A DNA stretch of 64,000 nucleotides from positions 4,268-68,267 of the forward strand of contig CAZYTO010000001.1 of NCBI GenBank assembly GCA_964650405.1. Reading direction: 5' to 3'. A program made the position numbers and the translations under genes. Below the pieces are notes generated by a model. The model did no database searches, was not told where the DNA came from, and saw only the letters and a program-made list of their open reading frames with translations. Origin of the DNA: an uncultured Thermoanaerobaculia bacterium (GTDB lineage: Bacteria > Acidobacteriota > Thermoanaerobaculia > Gp7-AA8). Positions 21,301 through 28,246 of this stretch are shown in pieces. Position 1 is the stretch's first letter. Every line of letters begins with the position of its first letter.

Positions 21301-21332
21301 AGCAAGGCAAGCAGGAACGAAATCAGCGACAT
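15396..21332 (-). CDS. Bacterial alpha-2-macroglobulin (thioester-containing protease inhibitor), 1,978 aa
   Basis: Signal peptide. Multiple MG-like beta-sandwich domains. Intact thioester motif GCTEQ (..[26 protein letters not shown]..), a TED alpha/alpha-toroid region, and a receptor-binding-like C-terminus. Confidence 0.9.
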   Translation of the reverse strand: [1978 protein letters not shown]

Positions 21333-21549
21333 GCAAATCCTCCCGGCATGCGTCGTCGCCGCATGCGTTGACGGTTAGACACACCGGCAGCCCGAAAGCT
21401 AAGCCAGTGCGGGCTTTCCGGATGCTGAGTTCGTCACAATTTCAGGTGCAATCGGGGTCGGATCGGAAACTCACCTCGTCCCGCCGCCCGGTCTGTCCTC
21501 TAAACAGACTCCGTACCCAAGGCCGAGTTTGGCCCCGGCGCTTCCCCGC

Positions 21550-22332
21550 CTACCGCGCCAGCGCAGCCCAGATGACGGCCAGTGAGGCCACGTCCGGCGC
21601 GCGCGGCGCGACCTTCGGATGGTCCCACTCGGCGGCGAAGCGCTGGAGGCGCCGCTCGTACTTCGGCGTCGAATACGCGCCGCAGATGTCTCCGGCGACA
21701 ACTTCGGTGCTCTCGCGGAGCGTCCGGATGGCCCATCCCACGTCATCGGCGGTGAAGAGGCCGTTTTCCCAGTTCGTGGCCATGTCCTCGGTGCGCAGGC
21801 AGTCGAGGTCCACCGTGACGTAGACGCTGGTTCCCCGGAGCGACCCGGCGAAGCGGGCGAAGTCGCCGCGCCAGCCGTCGCGGGTGAGGTCGCCCCGCTC
21901 CAGGTACCGCTCCCGCCACCCGTGGACCTGGAGGCGCGGGTCGCGGCTGCCGAAGAGACGCGCCGGCCAGTTGAGCTCGAAATTACCGCAACCCCAGACA
22001 CTGGCTCGGGTTACGTGCGGGAGCTCGAGGGCGCGGTTGATCCAGCCGCCGCAGGCCCAGTGCGGCGGGCGGCGGTCCCAATCGGGGTGGTTGTCGAACG
22101 AGACGAGGTGGATGGGCGTGCGGACGTTGCGGAGAAACGCGGCCGTGAGGTGGTGGAAGTCGCCCGAGCCGCTGAGAACGAAGGGTGGCAACCGGCTGGA
22201 TACCTCGCGGATGAACGCCTCCATCGTGCGGCGGGGGGCGAAGCAGCGGAGCCGCGGTCCCCAGGCCAGGGCGTCGATTCGCGCCATCCCGAGAATTTCC
22301 GGCTCCCACGCCGCGTCAAGGTCCAAGTACAC
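21550..22332 (-). CDS. Arginase/ureohydrolase-fold-like protein (UPF0489-like), hypothetical
   Basis: 260 aa with arginase-family-like metal motifs in the expected order: SGDFHH, FDNHPDW, VTVDLDCL. The start is uncertain. The annotated N-terminus overlaps the divergent desaturase start. Confidence 0.4.
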   Translation of the reverse strand: MYLDLDAAWEPEILGMARIDALAWGPRLRCFAPRRTMEAFIREVSSRLPPFVLSGSGDFHHLTAAFLRNVRTPIHLVSFDNHPDWDRRPPHWACGGWINRALELPHVTRASVWGCGNFELNWPARLFGSRDPRLQVHGWRERYLERGDLTRDGWRGDFARFAGSLRGTSVYVTVDLDCLRTEDMATNWENGLFTADDVGWAIRTLRESTEVVAGDICGAYSTPKYERRLQRFAAEWDHPKVAPRAPDVASLAVIWAALAR

Positions 22333-23239
22333 TGCGCAAGACTATCCGAACGTTAAACGCTCCGAACACTCCCTCCTCTTCCAATACTCCGCGTGGGACG
22401 CCATCCCGGTCGTCGCTGCCCTCGTGCAGTTCGCCTATCTGTTGTTCCTTTTCGTGGCCTTCCCGCGGCTGCCGGGCTGGGCGCTGCTCCCGCTCGGGCT
22501 GATCTGGTCGGTCAGCATCTCCTGGAACATCAACGGCGTGGCCCACAACTTCCTGCACAACGCCTATTTCCGCAGCAACGCCCTGAACCGCGTCTTCAGC
22601 ACCGTCCAGTCGGTCACGCTGGGCTTCTCGCAGGTCTTCTACGAACAGGTGCACAAGGACCATCACAAGGGGAACGCCGACCTCCCCGACACGCACGGCC
22701 GCACGCGCGATCCGCTGTCGATCTACAAGCACGGCCACGACGGACAGCCCGAGAGTCCGTGGACGTACGTGTTCCTCGGCTACTTCCGCGATGACCCGAA
22801 GGCCATCTACCGCTCCCTGCGCCGCAAGGGGCGGGCTCTGGCCTACTGGGGCGTGGCCGAGATCGTGCTCTTCCTCTCGCTCTACGTCGCCGCCGGCATC
22901 GCCAACTGGCGCTTCCTCGTGTTCTTCCTGCCGTTCTATTACTTTGGCCACTGTCTCTCGTACCTCAACGGCTACTACCTCCACTTCGGCGGCAAGCCCG
23001 ACGTGCCGCTGGCGTGGGGCGTCAGCTCGTACCACAAGCTGTACAACTGGACGTGGTTCAACAACGGCTACCACGCCGAGCACCACTACCGCCCGCGCGT
23101 GCACTGGACGGAGATGAAAGCGCTGCACGAACAACTCGCCGAGGAGCAGCAAACGGCGGGCGTGCGCGTGATCACGGTGCCCCACGCCCTCGGTTTTCTG
23201 GCCACGGCGCCCCCTCCGGAGCCGGAACCCGCGGCGTAG
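22211..23239 (+). CDS. Membrane fatty-acid desaturase-family protein (di-iron, three His boxes)
   Basis: His boxes HNFLHN, HKDHHKG and HAEHHYRP, with 4 or more TM segments. The only ATG/GTG start candidates in frame before the first TM are ATG 22211 and GTG 22226. The family includes sphingolipid/carotenoid-type desaturases and hydroxylases. The substrate is unknown. Confidence 0.7.
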   Translation: MNASIVRRGAKQRSRGPQARASIRAIPRISGSHAASRSKYTAQDYPNVKRSEHSLLFQYSAWDAIPVVAALVQFAYLLFLFVAFPRLPGWALLPLGLIWSVSISWNINGVAHNFLHNAYFRSNALNRVFSTVQSVTLGFSQVFYEQVHKDHHKGNADLPDTHGRTRDPLSIYKHGHDGQPESPWTYVFLGYFRDDPKAIYRSLRRKGRALAYWGVAEIVLFLSLYVAAGIANWRFLVFFLPFYYFGHCLSYLNGYYLHFGGKPDVPLAWGVSSYHKLYNWTWFNNGYHAEHHYRPRVHWTEMKALHEQLAEEQQTAGVRVITVPHALGFLATAPPPEPEPAA

Positions 23240-23370
23240 GCTCTCCCGGCAAACCGGGAGATGATTGTGTTATTCTGACTTTGGCCGGCGCGGCCAGACG
23301 ACGACAGACAGCAGCGATAGTGTTCACGGGAGGCGTACCGACGCCTCCCGTTTGCGTTGATGGAGACCTC

Positions 23371-24855
23371 ATGACTCGAAACCGACTTGCAGCCGTGATG
23401 ACTTCGTTGTTCGTACTGCTTCTCGCCGCCGGCGTCTCTGCCGCCCACCGCCGGATCGGTCCGGCGCCGCAAGGGGGCGTGCTGGAAGGCGTCATCCTGA
23501 GGGTCGATGGCGGCAGCGTCACCATCGGCGGCCCCAACATCAATCAGAGCGTCCGGCTCGGCTCGGCCACCGCGGTGACGATCGACGGCCAGCCCTCCGG
23601 ACCCGGCGCCCTGAACGCCGGCGACGATGCCTCCCTGCAGGTTCACGAGGATGCCGGACGGCAGCTCGTTGCCGATGCGGTATCGGTCACGCACGATCAC
23701 GACGTCAGCGGCGTCATCACCACCGTCTCGGCGACGTCGCTGACCATCGACAGCGCCGACGGCTCGCACACATTCGCCATCACCACCGATACAGTGGTCA
23801 TCATCAACGGTCAGAAGGGGACCGCGGCCGGTCTGGCTACGGGAATGCACGTGGACGTGGCCTCGGCGATCCGGAATGGCACGCCGACGGCGCTGCTGAT
23901 CCGCGAAAAGACCGAGACGGCGGAGAGCGAAGGCACGGTGACGGCCGTCAGCGCCACGTCGATCACGGTCCACTCCTCCGACGGCAAGGACACCACCAGT
24001 GCCATCGACAGCCATACCGTGGTGCGCCGCGGCGACGCCGTGGCCAGGGTGGCGGACATCATCGTGGGCGCGCACGTGCACGTGTTCTCCGTGAACGGAA
24101 CGGCCGTGTTCATCCAGATCCAGGATCCGAACCGCCCGCTCGAGGTCCACGGCACGATCTCCGCCCTCGGGGCAAGCTCGATCACCGTGCATCCGAAGTC
24201 GGGCGCCGACGTGACGATCGCCGTCAACAGCGCGACCATCATCCGGCAGGGAAGGAACCAGCTTGCGTTCACCGATCTGAAGGTAGGTGACACCGTCGAC
24301 GTCGAAGCGCAGAAGGCCGCGGGCGGCGCGCTGACGGCGGTGCGCATCCAGGTGGAAGTGGAGGACGAGCGCTTCGTCGAAGTGCGCGGAACGATCACGG
24401 CCGTATCCGGCTCGATGCTCACGGTGAAGACGGCCGACGGCACGAGCGTGACGGTCTCGATCAGCTCCACGACGGTCATCCGTGCCCATGACGGGCACGG
24501 CTCGGTGTCCGACCTCACGGTGGGAGCGTCGGTGGAGATCGAAGCGAAGCGCAACGCCGACAACTCGCTCACGGCGCTCTTCATCGAGGTCAATGGGCCC
24601 ACGTTTGTCGCCACAGTCGAGGTGGAAGGGACGATCAAATCGGTCGGCACCTCGTCGTTGGTCGTGACCGTGCACTCCGGCGAAGTGACCGTCAGCGTCG
24701 ACGCCTCGACGGTGATCACCAACAACGGCCACTCGGCTCACCTGGCGGACCTCACGGCCGGAGAGCGCGTCGAGGTCCACGCGCAGCTCCAGCCCAACGG
24801 CGCACCGCCCCTGGCGAAGACCATCACTGCCATGAGTGCCACAAGCGGGCACTGA
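23371..24855 (+). CDS. Secreted protein built of six tandem ~75-80-aa beta-rich repeats (possibly DUF5666-like)
   Basis: Signal peptide (MTRNRLAAVMTSLFVLLLAAGVSAA). Repeat consensus roughly V.GTITAVS.SS.TV...DG..VT..I.S.T.I....G......DL.VG..V.VEA.....G.LTA..I.V, present six times. Confidence 0.65.
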   Translation: MTRNRLAAVMTSLFVLLLAAGVSAAHRRIGPAPQGGVLEGVILRVDGGSVTIGGPNINQSVRLGSATAVTIDGQPSGPGALNAGDDASLQVHEDAGRQLVADAVSVTHDHDVSGVITTVSATSLTIDSADGSHTFAITTDTVVIINGQKGTAAGLATGMHVDVASAIRNGTPTALLIREKTETAESEGTVTAVSATSITVHSSDGKDTTSAIDSHTVVRRGDAVARVADIIVGAHVHVFSVNGTAVFIQIQDPNRPLEVHGTISALGASSITVHPKSGADVTIAVNSATIIRQGRNQLAFTDLKVGDTVDVEAQKAAGGALTAVRIQVEVEDERFVEVRGTITAVSGSMLTVKTADGTSVTVSISSTTVIRAHDGHGSVSDLTVGASVEIEAKRNADNSLTALFIEVNGPTFVATVEVEGTIKSVGTSSLVVTVHSGEVTVSVDASTVITNNGHSAHLADLTAGERVEVHAQLQPNGAPPLAKTITAMSATSGH

Positions 24856-24872
24856 TGGCACTTGCTGACCTG

Positions 24873-24898
24873 ACGGCCGGCCCGAAGAGGCCGGCCGT
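24873..24898. terminator. Perfect GC hairpin between convergent genes (ACGGCCGGCC-cgaaga-GGCCGGCCGT)
   Basis: 10-bp stem, 6-nt loop, 18 bp after the stop of the repeat protein. There is no obvious U-tract, so it is a candidate bidirectional terminator or RNA-stabilising element. Confidence 0.4.
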
Positions 24899-25022
24899 GT
24901 CCGCACTTCGACGATACGGCTGGATCCCGCCGATCCGCCAGGAGTTTTCTTCGTAGTGGCGGGGTGAGGGGTCACGGCTTTCAACAGAGCCATTCATCGT
25001 GAGGGCGCTCGTTCATCCTAGC

Positions 25023-25325
25023 CTACCGCCGGATGTGACCAAGGCGCTCCCACTGTTCGAGCAGCCACGTCCAGAACGGACGGGACTTGCCGAGATAGCG
25101 CTCGATCGACGGCCAGAGATCGGCAATCTGCTGGGGCGTGATGAATTGCAGGGCGTCGTCGGGCTTGGCTTGCCGCATCAACTTGCCGATGAGATAGGGA
25201 TAGGTCGCCGAGTCGTGATCGGTTAGTGCACGTTCGAACTCATCGAGCGTCCACTCCATATCCCACAGGAAGTAGGGACGCCCCTGGGCGTCCGTGAGCA
25301 GATCGCGTGGTGTCGGGGCAAGCAT
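25023..25325 (-). CDS. Hypothetical small protein (100 aa)
   Basis: Clean ORF with non-repetitive composition (MLAPTPRDLLTDAQGRPYFLWDMEWTLDEFERALTD...). No recognisable family. Confidence 0.4.
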   Translation of the reverse strand: MLAPTPRDLLTDAQGRPYFLWDMEWTLDEFERALTDHDSATYPYLIGKLMRQAKPDDALQFITPQQIADLWPSIERYLGKSRPFWTWLLEQWERLGHIRR

Positions 25326-25382
25326 GATCGGTCCTGCGAAAGGATAGCCGCATTGGACCTAACGGAGAGTGCAGCCTGCGTC

Positions 25383-26348
25383 TTATCCCCCCGCCGCCGC
25401 CGGGCGAGGCTCCAGCCGGTCCAGCTCGTGCGGCAGGGAGAAGTGCACGTCCTCTTTCACCGTCAGCAGCTCTTCCACGTCCGTGACGCCGAGGCGCTCG
25501 CGGGCGAAGCCGATGACCTGCTGCACGAGGATCTCCGGGGCCGAGGCGCTGGCGGTGAGGCCGACCACCCGGGTGTCGTCGATCCACTCCGGCTGGATGT
25601 CGGCGGCGGTCTCGATGAGGTGGGCGCGGAGGTTGCGGGCCTGGGCCACCTCGCAGAGGCGGAGGGAGTTCGAGCTGTTGGGCGCGCCGAGGACGAGCAG
25701 CACGTCGACGTGCTGGGCCAGCGCCTTCACCGCGTCCTGCCGGTTCTGGGTGGCGTAGCAGATGTCGTCTTTCGGCGGCGCCTGCAGGGCGGGGAAGCGC
25801 TCGTGCAGGATCTGCACGATCTCGCGGGTGTCATCGACGCTGAGCGTGGTCTGGGTCAGGTAGACCACCTTGTCCGGCGTGTCGACCACGACGGTGCGCG
25901 CTTCCTCTTTCGAGCCGACGACGCGGATGGCGGCCGGAGCTTCGCCCAGCGTGCCGATGGTCTCGTCGTGCTCCTTGTGGCCCACGAAGAGGATGGTGTA
26001 GCCCTTGCGCGCGAACCCCACCACTTCCAGGTGGACCTTCGTCACCAGCGGGCAGGTGGCGTCGATGGTGAACAGCCGCTTCTGCCGGGCCACCTCGCGC
26101 ACCTCGGGGGAGATGCCGTGCGCGGAGAAGATCACCACGCCGCCGTCCGGCACCTCGTCCAGCTCCTCCACGAAGACCGCGCCGCGGCGGCGCAGCTCTT
26201 CGACGACGTAGCGGTTGTGGATGATCTCCTTGCGGACGTAGACAGTGCCTTCGCAGATCTCCAGCGCCTTCTCGACGACAGAGATGGCCCGCACCACGCC
26301 GGCGCAGAAACCGCGGAGGCCGGCCACCATGAGCTTGCGGCCGCTCAC
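25383..26348 (-). CDS. ispH: 4-hydroxy-3-methylbut-2-enyl diphosphate reductase
   Basis: Strong IspH/LytB signatures: GFCAGVVRAI, SAHGISP, HNRYVV, three Cys ligands. The start is either GTG at 26348 (overlapping the dxs stop) or ATG at 26330. Confidence 0.9.
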   Translation of the reverse strand: MSGRKLMVAGLRGFCAGVVRAISVVEKALEICEGTVYVRKEIIHNRYVVEELRRRGAVFVEELDEVPDGGVVIFSAHGISPEVREVARQKRLFTIDATCPLVTKVHLEVVGFARKGYTILFVGHKEHDETIGTLGEAPAAIRVVGSKEEARTVVVDTPDKVVYLTQTTLSVDDTREIVQILHERFPALQAPPKDDICYATQNRQDAVKALAQHVDVLLVLGAPNSSNSLRLCEVAQARNLRAHLIETAADIQPEWIDDTRVVGLTASASAPEILVQQVIGFARERLGVTDVEELLTVKEDVHFSLPHELDRLEPRPAAAGG

Positions 26349-28246
26349 CAGGTCACCGTCTCTTTCTCCAGCTCGCGGCCGGCGGGGAGGGGTGCGGACT
26401 GGGAAAGGTCCGGATAGAGCTCGAACACGTGCTCGACGATGCCTGCGGCGTCGAGCCGGAACTTGGCCCGCTGCTGGGGCTGCGGCGCGTGCTCGATGAA
26501 GACGTCCGGGATGGCATGGACGCGCACGCCCGTCGCATCGGAGCCGCGCGCCTCGAGCGCTTCGAGAACGGCGCTGCCGAGGCCGCCCGCGGCCAGGTGC
26601 TCCTCCAGGGTCACGAGCCGCGGCGCCAGCTCGAGGGCCTGCTCGATCAGCTCCGTGTCGAGCGGCTTGGCGAAGCGGGCGTTGATGACTCCGCAGTCGA
26701 CGCCGTGGGCGGCCAGCAGCTCCGCCGCTTCCAGCGCGGGCGGGACCATCGAGCCGTACGCGAAGAGCGTGACGTCGATGCCGGCGCGGAGCACTTCGCC
26801 GCGGCCTACGGGAATCTGCTGCAACGCGGCGTCGAGCGGGACGCCGGCGCCGAAGCCGCGCGGATAGCGCACGGCGAACGGCTTGCCGGAGTACACGGCG
26901 GTGAAGAGCAGGTGCTGCAGCTCGTTCTCGTCCTTCGGCGCGGCCACGGTCATGTTCGGGACGACGCGCGTGTAGCCGATGTCGAAGACGCCCTGGTGGG
27001 TCTTGCCGTCGTCGCCCACGAGCCCCGCGCGATCGATGCAGATGGTGACCGGCAGCGACTGCAGGGCAACGTCGTGGATGAGCTGATCGAACGAGCGCTG
27101 GAGGAACGTCGAGTAGATGGAGACGACCGGCCGCAGACCGGCCTTGGCCATTCCCGCCGCCATGATCACGGCGTGCTCCTCGGCGATGCCGACGTCATAG
27201 ACGCGGTCAGGGAAGTGGCGCCGCACCTCGGTCAGGGCCGTCCCTTCGAGCATGGCCGCGCTGATGGCCACCACCTTCGGGTCGTTGCGCATCAGCGTGA
27301 TGAGCGTCTTGGCGAAGACCTGCGAGTACGTGTAGCGGGGCGACGAATCGCTCGAAGCGCTGGGCGTGCCCGGCTGGTGATACTTCGACGGGTTCTCTTC
27401 GGCCGCCGCGTAGCCCCGCCCCTTGTGGGTAAGAACGTGCAGTACGACCGGGCCGTCGTTCGAGGCGTCGCGCGCGGAGCGGAGGGCCTCTTCGAGCGCA
27501 GGCTGGTCATGGCCGTCTACCGTCCCGATGTAGTGGAGGCCGAGCTCTTCCCACACGCGCCCGCTGCGCGGACGGGTGAGCCAGCCGACGTTCTCGGAGA
27601 TCGACCAGCCGTTATCGTTAAAGACCACGACCAGGCGTTTCGCCTTGCAGTGGCCGATGTTGTTGAGCGCTTCGTAGCTCGGTCCGGACGTGAGCGCGCC
27701 GTCGCCCACGACGGCCAGGACGTAAGGAGCCTCACCATCCGAAGATGAGAATTGTCCGTTCCCGTCGTGATCGTGGCCGTTGCCACCATGGCCATTGCCC
27801 GAGGAGGAGGACGGACTGTTGTCCGTCGCGCGAGGCTGCAGGGCGAGCGACATGCCGAGGGCGTAGGAGAGGCCGGTGCCGGCGTGTCCGGCGGCGAGCG
27901 TGTCGTGATCGCTCTCGGCCGGCTCGGCGAATCCGGAGAGCCCGCCCGGCGTGCGGATGGAGGCGAACTGGCGCCGCCGGCCGGTGACGAGCTTGTGGGT
28001 GTAGCACTGGTTGGAGGTATCCCACACGAAGCGGTCGTGCGGGCTGTGGAAGACGCGATGCATGGCCAGGGTGAGCTCCACCGCGCCGAGGTTCGAGGCA
28101 AGATGGCCGCCGCGCCGGGTAATGGTCTCGATGATCAGCGCGCGGCAGTCGGCCGCGAGCTCGGCCACTTCCGCGAAGCTGAGAGCATCGAGGTCGCGCG
28201 GGGAATCGATTCGTTCGAGTATGGTCAAAATCCTCACCTCACCCAT
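26345..28246 (-). CDS. dxs: 1-deoxy-D-xylulose-5-phosphate synthase, with a ~30-aa Ser/Gly/His/Asp-rich low-complexity insertion
   Basis: 633 aa with TPP-binding GDG...N motifs and pyrimidine-binding and transketolase C-terminal domains. The insertion ..PRATDNSPSSSSGNGHGGNGHDHDGNGQFSSSDGEAP.. lies just before the GDGALTSG motif. Confidence 0.9.
   Translation of the reverse strand: MGEVRILTILERIDSPRDLDALSFAEVAELAADCRALIIETITRRGGHLASNLGAVELTLAMHRVFHSPHDRFVWDTSNQCYTHKLVTGRRRQFASIRTPGGLSGFAEPAESDHDTLAAGHAGTGLSYALGMSLALQPRATDNSPSSSSGNGHGGNGHDHDGNGQFSSSDGEAPYVLAVVGDGALTSGPSYEALNNIGHCKAKRLVVVFNDNGWSISENVGWLTRPRSGRVWEELGLHYIGTVDGHDQPALEEALRSARDASNDGPVVLHVLTHKGRGYAAAEENPSKYHQPGTPSASSDSSPRYTYSQVFAKTLITLMRNDPKVVAISAAMLEGTALTEVRRHFPDRVYDVGIAEEHAVIMAAGMAKAGLRPVVSIYSTFLQRSFDQLIHDVALQSLPVTICIDRAGLVGDDGKTHQGVFDIGYTRVVPNMTVAAPKDENELQHLLFTAVYSGKPFAVRYPRGFGAGVPLDAALQQIPVGRGEVLRAGIDVTLFAYGSMVPPALEAAELLAAHGVDCGVINARFAKPLDTELIEQALELAPRLVTLEEHLAAGGLGSAVLEALEARGSDATGVRVHAIPDVFIEHAPQPQQRAKFRLDAAGIVEHVFELYPDLSQSAPLPAGRELEKETVTW

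Noticed and set aside
21619-22356. 245-aa plus-strand ORF
   Set aside because: Antisense to the arginase-fold ORF and overlapping the desaturase start region. No support.
23086-24993. 635-aa minus-strand ORF
   Set aside because: Antisense to the secreted repeat protein, which has a signal peptide and clear repeat structure. No features of its own.
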